From positions 1-46,718 of the forward strand of contig CALZLD010000001.1 of the NCBI GenBank assembly GCA_945788225.1: DNA of 46,718 nt, given 5' to 3'. Below are positions 26,912 through 37,871 of the stretch, piece by piece (positions within the stretch are counted from its first letter, which is position 1; each line of letters opens with the position of its first letter). The DNA is from an uncultured Clostridia bacterium (lineage in GTDB: Bacteria > Bacillota > Clostridia > Oscillospirales > Ruminococcaceae). The notes beneath the pieces were generated by a model that was not told the origin of the DNA, searched no databases, and was given only the letters and a program-made list of their open reading frames with translations. A program made the translations under genes and the position numbers.

Positions 26912-27087
26912 TCTGTTATCCTCCCCTGTATTCATTTTTTCACATATACAATTATACTATTTTTTGTTTTTATTGTAAATAACTAATAAAATTATTTATT
27001 AAATTTTGTCACAATACACAATATACAAGTTGTTGAAGCGCAAAGCAATTCAGCATTTTTCCTTTGATTTCACACAGTTTTCACATA

Positions 27088-27121
27088 AAATAAACGACGA
27101 CATTTTAAGAAGTGTCGCCGC
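27088..27121 (-). terminator. Terminator of the flavodoxin-ybaK operon
   Basis: On the minus strand: GCGGCGACA-cttcttaaaa-TGTCGTCGT followed by TTATTTT. Confidence 0.7.
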
Positions 27122-27128
27122 TTTTATC

Positions 27129-27605
27129 CTATGTTAAATCCGAGTATTCAAAGCCGAGAATTTTTTCAAGGTCAGATGGAGAAATTTCAACCTGATAGCC
27201 TATCTTCCCCGCACTGAAAAATATTGTATCAAAAAGCTCGGCTGTTTCATCAAAAAAGGTTCTGAACTGTTTTTTCATACCAATCGGCGAACATCCGCCA
27301 TGGATATAACCCGTAAGCCCCAAAAGCTCCTTTGACTTTACCATCGCTATTGATTTTTCGCCTGCCGACGAAGCCGCTTTTTTAAGGTCAAGCTCTTTAT
27401 CTACGGGTATTACAAAGACATAATGCTCGCCCGATTTTCCGACTGTTACCAGAGTTTTGAAAACCTGCTCATAGCTTTGTCCCAAGACATCCGCTACTTC
27501 TGTTCCCGAAAGAGCGTCCGTATCAGCGTATGAGTGGCTATGATACGGGATTTTTGCGCTGTCAAGTATTCGCATTACATTTGTTTTTTCTTCTTTTTTT
27601 GCCAT
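27129..27605 (-). CDS. ybaK: Cys-tRNA(Pro)/Cys-tRNA(Cys) deacylase YbaK
   Basis: 158 aa. MAKKEEKTNVMRILDSAKIPY N-terminus and the GYIHGGCSPIGMKK motif characteristic of YbaK trans-editing proteins. Confidence 0.85.
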   Translation of the reverse strand: MAKKEEKTNVMRILDSAKIPYHSHSYADTDALSGTEVADVLGQSYEQVFKTLVTVGKSGEHYVFVIPVDKELDLKKAASSAGEKSIAMVKSKELLGLTGYIHGGCSPIGMKKQFRTFFDETAELFDTIFFSAGKIGYQVEISPSDLEKILGFEYSDLT

Positions 27606-27619
27606 AAGAAATCTCCGTT

Positions 27620-28315
27620 TTAATTATTCTTCCAGGGCTTTTTACCGTTTGTCCAGCCCATTTCGTGCCAATAATTTTTATCAGCCTCGTTCCAGCCGTT
27701 TTTCTGCATAAGACTCATCATAAAAAAGAATGCTCCCGTTTTAATTCCGGGGGTGATTTTTCCGTTTCGGCTTTTTATCTTTTTTGCAATAACATCGGTT
27801 TTATGCTCTATTGTCTTTTTTATTTTTTCGGATATAGAATTCCAGTTGATTGCCTGAACATTAACACCTATGTTATATATTTTAGGCACTCCCCAGAAAA
27901 ATAAACTGTCCGCCATATCTTTATTTGTGGACTTTGTTCCTCCGCCTGCGGCTGTTGAGATGCAGACAGCCTGCTTTGTGAACATTTCTCCTCTCGGACG
28001 GTGAACCATCCACATATATCCATAATGGTCAAGGAAGGATTTCATTGCTCCCGTTGCGTGATAAACATAAACGGGACTTGCAAAAATGAGAAGGTCCGCC
28101 TCAAACATCGCTTTACTTATAGGCAAAAGTTTTTCATAGTGCGGACAATTTTCTTCGCCTTTCATAAAGCAGGAAGTACATCCGAGACAAATTTCTGAAA
28201 AATCTCGGGGCAGAAAAAATTCGATTATCTCCCCTCCTACTTTTTCGGCAAGTATTCTTGCAATATGATATGTAGAGCCTTTGTGGCTTTGACCGTGAAT
28301 AATTGTTATTTTCAT
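27620..28315 (-). CDS. Flavodoxin-like fold NAD(P)H-dependent FMN reductase family protein
   Basis: 231 aa. MKITIIHGQSHKGSTY N-terminal FMN-binding loop, a CxxC..C cluster (CLGCTSCFMKGEENCP) and a SPVYVYHATGAMKSFLD motif typical of iron-sulfur flavoprotein/FMN_red proteins. Confidence 0.75.
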   Translation of the reverse strand: MKITIIHGQSHKGSTYHIARILAEKVGGEIIEFFLPRDFSEICLGCTSCFMKGEENCPHYEKLLPISKAMFEADLLIFASPVYVYHATGAMKSFLDHYGYMWMVHRPRGEMFTKQAVCISTAAGGGTKSTNKDMADSLFFWGVPKIYNIGVNVQAINWNSISEKIKKTIEHKTDVIAKKIKSRNGKITPGIKTGAFFFMMSLMQKNGWNEADKNYWHEMGWTNGKKPWKNN

Positions 28316-28337
28316 AAAATTCTCCTTTAAAATGGAT

Positions 28338-28366
28338 AAAACACTCCGATTTATACAGAGTGTTTT
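28338..28366 (-). terminator. Terminator following tmRNA
   Basis: AAAACACTC-cgatttataca-GAGTGTTTT hairpin, 8 nt past the tmRNA CCA end. Confidence 0.8.
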
Positions 28367-28373
28367 TAAAAAT

Positions 28374-28727
28374 TGGTGGAGGCGAGGGGAATTGAACCCC
28401 TGTCCGAAAACCTATCCATACAGTTTTCTCCGAGCGCAGTCTTTTGTTTAAAATTCCCTTGCCTTAACGCCAAAAGACAGGCTTCAAGGCTTGGTAGCCC
28501 TCAATACAGCCGCAGGGCGAGAGCGTTCCCTGCGGTCGTTCACCACTAATCGACGCCTGAGCCGCAGCCGTGGTACTCAGCGGTCAGACGCAGGCTGACT
28601 TAGGCAGCCTGAAGTTCGTAATTATTGTTAGCGTTTATATTTAAACACAATTATCGGTTTTATAGAGGTCCGATTCCTCTGCTCGCTTGCCATACTTCAA
28701 AATCCCCGTCGAAGCCTTTACGCCCCC
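28374..28727 (-). ncRNA. ssrA: tmRNA (SsrA), about 354 nt, encoded tag ANNNYELQAA
   Basis: The minus strand starts GGGGGCGTAAAGGCTTCGACGGGGATTTTGAAG and ends GGACAGGGGTTCAATTCCCCTCGCCTCCACCA (tRNA-Ala-like acceptor/T-arm). Internal tag frame GCT AAC AAT AAT TAC GAA CTT CAG GCT GCC TAA (28632-28600) follows TTTAAATATAAAC, as in Bacillus tmRNA. Confidence 0.95.
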
Positions 28728-28734
28728 TTGGATT

Positions 28735-29193
28735 TTATCGCAGACGCTCCTTAACGGAACGCTCGATTTCACGCTTTGCGTCACGCCTTGCGATGTCTTC
28801 TCGCTTATCGTGAAGCTTTTTACCTTTACAAAGACCTACCTGCATCTTTACACGGGAGTCTTTAAAATAAAGTGAAAGAGGGATAAGAGTAAGCCCTTCC
28901 TGCTTTATTTTGCCGAAAAGAGAGTTGATTTCTTTGCGGTGCATAAGAAGCTTTCTCACTCTGAAAGGGTCTTTATTAAATATATTACCCTTTTCATAAG
29001 GTGAAATATGCATACCCTTGACAAAAAGCTCGCCGTTGTCAATAGAACACCAGCTGTCCTTTAAGTTTACTCCGCCGTTTCTTATGGACTTGACTTCTGT
29101 TCCGACTAGTTCTATTCCTGCTTCAAAGCTTTCAAGAACAAAATACTCGTGCCTTGCCTGTCTGTTTTCGGATATGTTTTTTATCTGTGCCAA
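28735..29193 (-). CDS. smpB: SsrA-binding protein SmpB
   Basis: 152 aa. [20 protein letters not shown] and a basic C-terminal tail typical of SmpB. TTG start 6 nt after a GGGAGGTGA RBS. Directly upstream of ssrA. Confidence 0.95.
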   Translation of the reverse strand: MAQIKNISENRQARHEYFVLESFEAGIELVGTEVKSIRNGGVNLKDSWCSIDNGELFVKGMHISPYEKGNIFNKDPFRVRKLLMHRKEINSLFGKIKQEGLTLIPLSLYFKDSRVKMQVGLCKGKKLHDKREDIARRDAKREIERSVKERLR

Positions 29194-29268
29194 ACCAACT
29201 CACCTCCCTCGGTAGTTAAACTATTATACCACAATAAAAATGTTTGTCAAGAGGATTTTTAAAAAAAT

Positions 29269-29300
29269 TCGGGTATCGGACTTCAGACGCCCGATACCCG
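29269..29300 (-). terminator. Terminator of the CAP-domain lipoprotein gene
   Basis: CGGGTATCGG-acttcagacg-CCGATACCCG with a T7 run on the minus strand. Confidence 0.85.
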
Positions 29301-29308
29301 TAAAAATC

Positions 29309-30163
29309 TTATTGAATAGATGTTATTCCGCGCTTTGTTTCGGCAAATTCGATTATAAAATAGTATCTTCCGCTTGATGATTTAGAAATACCGACTCCCA
29401 TATAGTTCCACTGGGGCATATCTATTATAGCTTTATGTCCTGACGATTTCATCCATATTCCGTTAACTATGTAATCGGGGTCGAGTTTATTGCCCGTTCC
29501 GCCAGGATTCCAATTAGCCATAATTTCGCCAAAATCACGGAGAGAGGATTTTATTCCGACATCTTCAAGGACGGTATTATATTTTCTTCCGTCGGGACGG
29601 TCGTGCGTGAAGGATGTCACGCTTTCAACAGAGCGTATCTGAGCGGCGTTTGTAAGATAAACGCTGACCTGACATTCCTGCAAGCCTTTGCTTTTTCTGT
29701 AAGAATTAACAATAGCGGCAATTTCATCAGCTGCCTCAACATAAGCGGCAGGAGTTGTTCTTGTCGGTGCGGGAGGAGGAGTTGTGGTTGTGGCAACCGT
29801 TGTAGTGGTAACGGGTGTAGTTGTGGTTTCAGGTGTAGTTGTAGTTTCGGGTGTAGTAGTGGTTTCGGGTGTAGTTGTAGTCTCGGGTGTTGTAGTTGTT
29901 TCGGGAGTTGTAGTGGTTTCTGGTGTTGTTGTAGTTTCCTCGGTTGTTGTCTCTTCAGTTGTGGTTTCTTCGGGAAGAGTTGTGGTTGTTTCTGCGGTTG
30001 TAGCTTCTGTTTCTGTTATATCGGAAACGGGAGTAGTTGTTTCATCTGTTACCGCAACTGTTTCGGCAGAAGTTGACTGCGGCTCGTTGACGGTCGTTGA
30101 AGAGCAAGCGGAAAGCAAAGCCGCAACAAGTATCAAAGCCGACAGCTTAGTATATTTTTTCAT
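29309..30163 (-). CDS. Lipoprotein with a Thr/Glu/Pro-rich repeat linker and a C-terminal CAP/SCP (YkwD-like) domain
   Basis: Start at the ATG at 30163 (AAGGGGA RBS) gives MKKYTKLSALILVAALLSAC|SS, a lipobox. It is followed by (PETTTT)x7 and related T/E-rich sequence. The C-terminus has AAYVEAADEIAAIVNSYRKSKGL...SSGHKAIIDMPQWNYMGVG, typical of bacterial CAP domains. The track ORF start at 30265 is upstream of the RBS. Confidence 0.8.
   Translation of the reverse strand: MKKYTKLSALILVAALLSACSSTTVNEPQSTSAETVAVTDETTTPVSDITETEATTAETTTTLPEETTTEETTTEETTTTPETTTTPETTTTPETTTTPETTTTPETTTTPETTTTPVTTTTVATTTTPPPAPTRTTPAAYVEAADEIAAIVNSYRKSKGLQECQVSVYLTNAAQIRSVESVTSFTHDRPDGRKYNTVLEDVGIKSSLRDFGEIMANWNPGGTGNKLDPDYIVNGIWMKSSGHKAIIDMPQWNYMGVGISKSSSGRYYFIIEFAETKRGITSIQ
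29814..29939 (-). repeat. In-frame 18-bp tandem repeat, 7 copies (encodes PETTTT x7)
   Basis: Plus strand: consecutive GGTGTAGTTGTRGTTTCN units with a few synonymous-type differences. It is flanked by more degenerate T/E-rich coding sequence, about 29770-30060. Confidence 0.9.
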
Positions 30164-30288
30164 AAAAATATCCCCTTTGAAATCATGATTGTAAATTATA
30201 CCACAAAATGACAGAAAAATCAAGACTATTGAAAAGATGTCATTGTTATTGTATAATATTATCATAAATTATTAAAGAGGACTATAAT

Positions 30289-31638
30289 ATGTTTAACAAA
30301 AACGATATAATTGAACTTGAAATAACAGATATTACCGACGAAGGAAACGGAGTGGGAAAACACGACGGATTTGCTGTATTTGTTCCTTTTGCGGCTGTCG
30401 GCGACAAGCTTTCAGTAAAAATTGTAAAAATACAAAAAAGCTTTGCCTATGGGATAATCGATAGCGTTATCTCACCATCAGAAGCAAGAATTGAAAACGA
30501 CTGCGCTGTTTTTAAAAAATGCGGAGGATGTTCGTTAAGGCATATTTCCTATGAAGCCGAGCTTGCTGTCAAGGAAAATATCGTGAAAAATGCATTCAAG
30601 CGCATCGGTGGAATTGACGCGGAATTTGACAAAATTTTAGGCTGTGATGAAATATATCACTATCGGAACAAGGCGCAGTACCCCGTTGCAAAGACTGAAA
30701 ACGGAGCTGTTTTTGGATTTTACGCTATGAGAAGCCACAGAGTCATACCCTTTTCAAATTGTCTTTTGCAACCTGAAATTTTCGGTGAAATATCAGAAAA
30801 AGTGCTTGAAATTGCTGTTAAAAAAGGGATAACTCCTTATGATGAAAATACTAACACAGGTCTTTTAAGGCACATTTTTTTAAGGCGCGGATACCACACG
30901 GGAGAGATAATGCTCTGTCTTATTGTAAGAAAAAACTGCGAAAGAGAAATAAAATCTCTTGCAAATGAAATTGTCGCTCTCTTCCCCGATATTAAAACAG
31001 TTGTTATGAATATAAACCCCGACAGAACAAATGTGATTATGGGCAGAAGTTCTAAGGCTGTATTCGGTGACGGATATATCTTTGATACAATGTGCGGTAA
31101 CAGAATAAAACTCGCGCCCGAAGCGTTTTATCAGGTAAATACCGCTCAGGCGGAAAAGCTCTACAATATCGCGGCGGAGTATGCGGATTTAAAGGGTGAT
31201 GAAACGCTCCTTGACCTCTATTGCGGCGCGGGAACGATAGGTCTTTCTATGGCAGACAAGGTGAAGAAGCTCATCGGCGTTGAAATCATTCCCGAAGCAA
31301 TTGAGAACGCAAAAGAGAATGCAGATGATAACGGCATAAAAAACGCCGAGTTTATATGCGGAGACGCAGGAACCGTGGCAACAAAGTTAATTACCGATGG
31401 TGTTAAGCCTGATATTATCGTACTGGACCCTGCAAGAAAGGGTTGCGACAGCATTGCTATTGACGCGATATTAAAGATGTCGCCCGAAAAAATAGTTTAC
31501 ATTTCCTGCAACCCTGCGACCTGTGCAAGAGATTTGAGGCTGTTATGCGAAAAGGGGTATAATGTCAAAAAAGCAAGGGCTGTGGATATGTTCCCGAGGA
31601 CAAATCATGTGGAGTGTGTTTCACTTCTCACAAAATAA
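30289..31638 (+). CDS. rlmD: 23S rRNA (uracil-C5)-methyltransferase, RumA/RlmD family (TRAM domain, Fe-S cluster, SAM MTase)
   Basis: 449 aa. N-terminal TRAM domain, Cys cluster C..CGGC, a SAM motif LDLYCGAGTIG and the catalytic YISCNPAT motif. Confidence 0.88.
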   Translation: MFNKNDIIELEITDITDEGNGVGKHDGFAVFVPFAAVGDKLSVKIVKIQKSFAYGIIDSVISPSEARIENDCAVFKKCGGCSLRHISYEAELAVKENIVKNAFKRIGGIDAEFDKILGCDEIYHYRNKAQYPVAKTENGAVFGFYAMRSHRVIPFSNCLLQPEIFGEISEKVLEIAVKKGITPYDENTNTGLLRHIFLRRGYHTGEIMLCLIVRKNCEREIKSLANEIVALFPDIKTVVMNINPDRTNVIMGRSSKAVFGDGYIFDTMCGNRIKLAPEAFYQVNTAQAEKLYNIAAEYADLKGDETLLDLYCGAGTIGLSMADKVKKLIGVEIIPEAIENAKENADDNGIKNAEFICGDAGTVATKLITDGVKPDIIVLDPARKGCDSIAIDAILKMSPEKIVYISCNPATCARDLRLLCEKGYNVKKARAVDMFPRTNHVECVSLLTK

Positions 31639-31644
31639 AAAAAG

Positions 31645-31673
31645 AAACCGTACTTATAAAAAAGTACGGTTTT
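31645..31673. terminator. Bidirectional terminator
   Basis: AAACCGTACTT-ataaaa-AAGTACGGTTT with flanking A- and T-runs. Sits between convergent genes. Confidence 0.88.
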
Positions 31674-31676
31674 ATT

Positions 31677-32075
31677 TTAGCTTTCGAGTTCATATTCTTC
31701 CACTATTTCGTCAACCGTTAGCCCATAGGTATCTTCATCATAGCCTTTGAACTCAAAATAATCTGAAATAATCTTTTTAATATCATTCGGTTGTCTTACC
31801 GAAGCTGAGCAGTCCGAAAGGTCGGAGTCGAAGCCTTCATCATCACAAACATATATACTGCCGTCTTTACGGATATTTCGACAATAATAGCAGTCTTCGA
31901 TGTATTCCCGTGCATCGTCGCTGTTTTCGGGAAAAGGCATGGTATCAAGCGTTATCATTTCTTCTTTTGTGGCAATTATTTTAATTTTAATGGCAGATTG
32001 CTCTATGCCGTTGATTTTAACGATAACATCTTTGAATTCAAGCTTTTCTCCGTCAACGGTAAAGACTTTTTTCAT
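31677..32075 (-). CDS. Hypothetical small acidic protein
   Basis: 132-aa ORF with an AAAAGGAG RBS and coherent composition (very acidic, four Cys). I do not recognise any family. Confidence 0.5.
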   Translation of the reverse strand: MKKVFTVDGEKLEFKDVIVKINGIEQSAIKIKIIATKEEMITLDTMPFPENSDDAREYIEDCYYCRNIRKDGSIYVCDDEGFDSDLSDCSASVRQPNDIKKIISDYFEFKGYDEDTYGLTVDEIVEEYELES

Positions 32076-32091
32076 TATATCGGCTCCTTTT

Positions 32092-32133
32092 GCAAAAAGC
32101 TATGCAAATCGTTTAAGATTTACATAGCTTTGC
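32092..32133 (-). terminator. Weak or partial terminator after atpC
   Basis: On the minus strand: GCAAAGCTATG-18 nt-CATAGCTTTTTGC. There is no clean T-run beyond the stem, so read-through into the downstream small ORF is possible. Confidence 0.35.
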
Positions 32134-32140
32134 ATTTATC

Positions 32141-32548
32141 CTATCCATTGCGGCTGACATTTATTCTGTTGAGCGCACGCTTTAATTTTGCTTGCGCGCG
32201 GTCAAATTCTACGCCGCTTGTGTGGATTTTGATTTTTTCTCTTGCGTCCTCTTCGGAACGCTTTGCGTGTTCGATGTCGATTTCGTCCGCCCATTCAACA
32301 GCTGTTGCAAGAATGACAACGCCTTCTTTTGAGACCTTTATCGTTCCGCCTGAAACAGCGGCTGTTCTGAAAGAGCCGTCCTGCATTTTGACCTTTAACG
32401 GTCCCGACGGAAGAACTGCAACATAGTCGATATGCTTTGCAAGAATTCCGACATCGCCGACGGTTGTGCGGACGATGATATTCTCGGTTTCGCCGTCAAA
32501 GAAAAGCTTTTCGGGAGTAATTACCTTCAGCTTAAATGCTGCTGACAT
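32141..32548 (-). CDS. atpC: F0F1 ATP synthase subunit epsilon
   Basis: 135 aa. FKLKVITPEKLFFDGE start typical of epsilon. Last gene of the atp operon. Confidence 0.92.
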   Translation of the reverse strand: MSAAFKLKVITPEKLFFDGETENIIVRTTVGDVGILAKHIDYVAVLPSGPLKVKMQDGSFRTAAVSGGTIKVSKEGVVILATAVEWADEIDIEHAKRSEEDAREKIKIHTSGVEFDRAQAKLKRALNRINVSRNG

Positions 32549-32560
32549 AGATATTCCTCC

Positions 32561-33964
<1,404 letters not shown>

Positions 33965-33983
33965 TCAACTCCTTAATCTGAGT

Positions 33984-34856
33984 TTAGCTCTGAACCTGAG
34001 CGCCGCCGACTATCTCGGTAATTTCCTGAGTAATAGACGCCTGACGGGCTCTGTTATAAACAAGCTGTAATTCTCCTATAATTTCGCCTGCGTTGTCGGA
34101 AGCGGATTCCATAGCAGTTCTTCTTGCAGCCTGTTCAGCCGCAAAGCTGTCAACAATCGCTCCGAAAAGTATTCCCGTTATATATCCGGGGACAATGCTG
34201 TCGAAAACCGCCTCAGCCGACGGCTCGTATTCGGTAAGCCCCGTTGCCTTTCCGCCTTTTGTTATTTCCCCGACTTCAAGAGGAAGAAGAACATAGGATT
34301 TTGTTTCCTGAGTAAGAGTGTTGAGGAACGAAGTATAGAAAAGCTCGATACTGTCGCAAAGACCGTTCATATAATGTCCCATAATAGTCTGAACTATATC
34401 GGACGATTCATAAATAGAAATGCCCTCGGCTATTTCGGAATATTTTGCTCTGACAGTAAATTCACGCTTTTCAAAATATTCGACCGACTTTTTGCCGATA
34501 GCGACGATTTCGACTGTCTTTCCCGTTGCGGATATTTCCTGCGCTCTGCGGTAAGCAAGCTTTAAGATATTCGAGTTAAAGCCGCCCGCAAGTCCCCTGT
34601 CGCCTGCAATTACTATGAGAAGAACTGTTCTTATCTCACGCTTTTTTGTAAAGACAGATGAAAATTCGGGTGCGTTCCTGCTTATCTCGCACATTGTATC
34701 ATAGAGGGTGTCGAAAAAAAGTCTTGCGTTATCGGCGCGTTCCTTTGCTTTTCTCAGCTTTGACGACGCAACAAGCTGCATTGCCTTTGTTATCTGCATT
34801 GTCGATTCGATACTTTTGATACGACGCTTGATGTCTTTCATATTAGACGCTGCCAT
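33984..34856 (-). CDS. atpG: F0F1 ATP synthase subunit gamma
   Basis: 290 aa. IKSIESTMQITKAMQLVASSKLRKA N-terminus and a C-terminal ITQEITEIVGGA motif. Confidence 0.95.
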   Translation of the reverse strand: MAASNMKDIKRRIKSIESTMQITKAMQLVASSKLRKAKERADNARLFFDTLYDTMCEISRNAPEFSSVFTKKREIRTVLLIVIAGDRGLAGGFNSNILKLAYRRAQEISATGKTVEIVAIGKKSVEYFEKREFTVRAKYSEIAEGISIYESSDIVQTIMGHYMNGLCDSIELFYTSFLNTLTQETKSYVLLPLEVGEITKGGKATGLTEYEPSAEAVFDSIVPGYITGILFGAIVDSFAAEQAARRTAMESASDNAGEIIGELQLVYNRARQASITQEITEIVGGAQVQS

Positions 34857-34896
34857 TTACGGTTTTCACCTCGATTTCAAATACATAGTGGAAGAT

Positions 34897-36414
34897 TTAT
34901 GTGCGCTCGGATATGAATTTTGAAACAAATTCATCGAGTGCGGTTTTCATCTCTTCTTCGATTTCGGGTGTGAGATCCTTCTTGGCTTTAAGTCCGCTGA
35001 TGATGTCGGGATGTGTTGTATCAACATAATCAAAAAGTTCTTTTTCAAATTCGGCAACTGCTGTTGTCGGAATTGAATGGAGATAGTTGTTTGTTACGGC
35101 GTAAATAATGATTACCTGATGTTCAACGGTAAGCGGTGAGTTTCTTCCCTGCTTCAACACTTCAACAACTCGTTCTCCTCTTGCAAGGCTTGCCTTTGTG
35201 TCAGCGTCAAGGTCGGAGCCGAACTGAGAGAACGCCTGCAATTCACGATACTGCGAATAGGTGAGCTTCAATGAGCCCGAAACTTTCTTCATCGCCTTTA
35301 TCTGTGCGTTTCCTCCAACTCGCGATACAGAGATACCGGGGTTAACGGCAGGTCTTACGCCTGAGTTGAAAAGGTCGGTTTCAAGGAATATCTGACCGTC
35401 TGTGATGGAGATGACATTTGTGGGAATATATGCGGAAACATCTCCTGCCTGAGTTTCGATGATGGGAAGCGCTGTGAGTGAACCTCCGCCGTAGTTTTCA
35501 TTAAGGTTGCACGCTCTTTCAAGAAGTCTTGAATGGAGATAGAATACATCTCCGGGGTAAGCTTCTCGTCCGGGCGGGCGTTTAAGCAGAAGCGACAGTG
35601 CGCGGTAAGCGACAGCGTGCTTTGAAAGGTCGTCATAAACGCAAAGAACATCTTTGCCCTTTGACATAAAGTATTCACCCATTGCACAACCTGCATAGGG
35701 AGCGATATACTGCAACGGTGCAAGCTCGGACGCTGTTGCCGAAACGACGATAGTGTAATCCATAGCACCGTTTTTGGTGAGCGTTTCAACGACATTTGCA
35801 ACCGTTGAACGCTTCTGTCCTATTGCGACATAGATACAGATTACATCCTTGTCCTTCTGGTTGATGATTGTATCGAGAGCTATTGCGGTCTTACCTGTCT
35901 GGCGGTCGCCGATGATAAGCTCACGCTGACCTCTGCCGATAGGAATCATAGAGTCGATAGCCTTGATGCCTGTCTGCAAAGGAACATTAACTGATTTTCT
36001 TGTGATGATACCCGGAGCTATCTGTTCGATAGGACGGGTTTCTGTCGTGAGGATAGGTCCTTTACCGTCGATTGCCTGTCCCAAAGAGTTTACTACTCTT
36101 CCGAGAAGTTCTTCGCCGACGGGAACGGAAACGATTTTTCCTGTACGCTTTACGGTGTCGCCCTCTTTGATGCCTTTATCGTCGCCGAGCATAACCGCTC
36201 CGACAAATTCCTGTTCAAGGTTGAGAGCCATTCCGTAAACGCCGTTTCCAAACTCGAGAAGTTCGTTTGACATACACTTCTCAAGCCCATGAATATTTGC
36301 AATACCGTCGCCGACGGTGACAACCGTGCCGATGTCGGTATTTTCGATCTTATTGCCGTAATTTTTGATTTCTTCTTTAATAAGACCTATTATTTCATCT
36401 GGGCGCAAATTCAA
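34897..36414 (-). CDS. atpA: F0F1 ATP synthase subunit alpha
   Basis: Walker [10 protein letters not shown] plus conserved alpha-subunit blocks. Start set at the TTG at 36414, giving the canonical MNLRPDEI, 8 nt after a GAAAGGTG RBS. The track start, GTG at 36423, overlaps the RBS. Confidence 0.95.
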   Translation of the reverse strand: MNLRPDEIIGLIKEEIKNYGNKIENTDIGTVVTVGDGIANIHGLEKCMSNELLEFGNGVYGMALNLEQEFVGAVMLGDDKGIKEGDTVKRTGKIVSVPVGEELLGRVVNSLGQAIDGKGPILTTETRPIEQIAPGIITRKSVNVPLQTGIKAIDSMIPIGRGQRELIIGDRQTGKTAIALDTIINQKDKDVICIYVAIGQKRSTVANVVETLTKNGAMDYTIVVSATASELAPLQYIAPYAGCAMGEYFMSKGKDVLCVYDDLSKHAVAYRALSLLLKRPPGREAYPGDVFYLHSRLLERACNLNENYGGGSLTALPIIETQAGDVSAYIPTNVISITDGQIFLETDLFNSGVRPAVNPGISVSRVGGNAQIKAMKKVSGSLKLTYSQYRELQAFSQFGSDLDADTKASLARGERVVEVLKQGRNSPLTVEHQVIIIYAVTNNYLHSIPTTAVAEFEKELFDYVDTTHPDIISGLKAKKDLTPEIEEEMKTALDEFVSKFISERT

Positions 36415-36441
36415 TTTGTTCACACCTTTCGGTTTAAAAAT

Positions 36442-36984
36442 TTATGCTATTATCGACTTTACAGCGTTTCTTACGCCTTCAAGGCGCGTCTTTACGCTGG
36501 AATCCATACGGGTGTTGCCATAATCGAGAACAATTCCTCCGAGAATGGATTTGTCGATTTGCGGGATGAGTGTAACTTTTTTTCCGCTTACGCTTTCAAG
36601 CTTTGCTTTGAGCTTTGCGGACAGTTCCGCCGAAAGCTCCTCCGATGTTGTAACCCTGACTTCGATTATTCCGTTATAATCGTTGTAAAGAGCTCTGAGT
36701 CTGTCGGCTATTCCGCGGATATAAGACGAACGGTTCTTTTCTGTTATCACAAAAAGAAAGTTCAGGGTATATTCCGAAACTTTGCCATTAAAAACACGCT
36801 CGATAACGCTCTTTTTTTCGTCAAGAGGGATTGTGGGAGAGGAAAGCAGTTTTAAAAAATCGGTGTTGTTGCCCAAAATGTCGGCAACATCAAAAATTTC
36901 GTTGCAGAGAGTATCAAGACAGTTCTGTTCTTCGCCAAGCTTGAAAACAGCTTCGGCGTATGTTTGTTCAACCATTCCTGCCAT
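36442..36984 (-). CDS. atpH: F0F1 ATP synthase subunit delta (OSCP)
   Basis: 180 aa. Positioned between atpF and atpA, with an OSCP-like sequence (YAEAVFKLGEE..., GGIVLDYGNTRMDSSVK). Its start overlaps the atpF stop by 1 nt. Confidence 0.9.
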   Translation of the reverse strand: MAGMVEQTYAEAVFKLGEEQNCLDTLCNEIFDVADILGNNTDFLKLLSSPTIPLDEKKSVIERVFNGKVSEYTLNFLFVITEKNRSSYIRGIADRLRALYNDYNGIIEVRVTTSEELSAELSAKLKAKLESVSGKKVTLIPQIDKSILGGIVLDYGNTRMDSSVKTRLEGVRNAVKSIIA

Positions 36985-37529
36985 TACAGCTCACCTACAT
37001 TTTCAATAAATTCCTCGATAAGCCTGTCGTTATCCTTTGAGGTTATTTCTTTTTCAACAACCTTTTCGGCAACGGCTATTGCTATATCGGAAATTTCGTC
37101 CTTAATCTGATTTACTGCGCGCTTCTTTTCACGCTCGATATCTTCGTTTGCTCTGCTGATAATGCCTGCGGCTTCGTTCTTTGCCGCGAAAACAATTTCA
37201 TCGGAGCGCTGCTGAGCCTTTACGGTAGCGTTTCTGATAATATCTGCGGATTCTTCCTTTGCGGCGCGGAGCTTTTCATCGTATTCGGCTTCAAGAGCCT
37301 TTGCGTTTTCCTTAGCCTTGTCCGCCTCGGAGTAGGTATCCTCCACATATTTTTTTCTGTCGTCAAGAATCTGATTGACCTTGCCGAAAAGAAAATGCTT
37401 TATTACCAGAAAGAGTATCAGAGTGTTAAGGAGAGTTCCGATAATAGTACCGAGGTCGATCGACAAGAATTCAAGGTTAAGACCTGTACCTGCCGACGCT
37501 ATGCACGGTATTATCATTTCAACGCTCAT
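36984..37529 (-). CDS. atpF: F0F1 ATP synthase subunit b
   Basis: 181 aa. Single N-terminal TM helix, then a long charged helix (AEYDEKLRAAKEESADII...). Confidence 0.88.
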   Translation of the reverse strand: MSVEMIIPCIASAGTGLNLEFLSIDLGTIIGTLLNTLILFLVIKHFLFGKVNQILDDRKKYVEDTYSEADKAKENAKALEAEYDEKLRAAKEESADIIRNATVKAQQRSDEIVFAAKNEAAGIISRANEDIEREKKRAVNQIKDEISDIAIAVAEKVVEKEITSKDNDRLIEEFIENVGEL

Positions 37530-37544
37530 ATAATCCTCCCGCTA

Positions 37545-37871
<327 letters not shown>

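Noticed and set aside
29603-30188. Two plus-strand ORFs (157 aa Cys/Gly/Ser-rich and 134 aa poly-Val) opposite the lipoprotein gene
   Set aside because: They are reverse-complement artefacts of the Thr/Glu/Pro codon repeat (ACN/GAA/CCN read backwards gives Val/Cys/Gly/Ser runs). The minus-strand frame has a lipobox, an RBS and a recognisable CAP domain.
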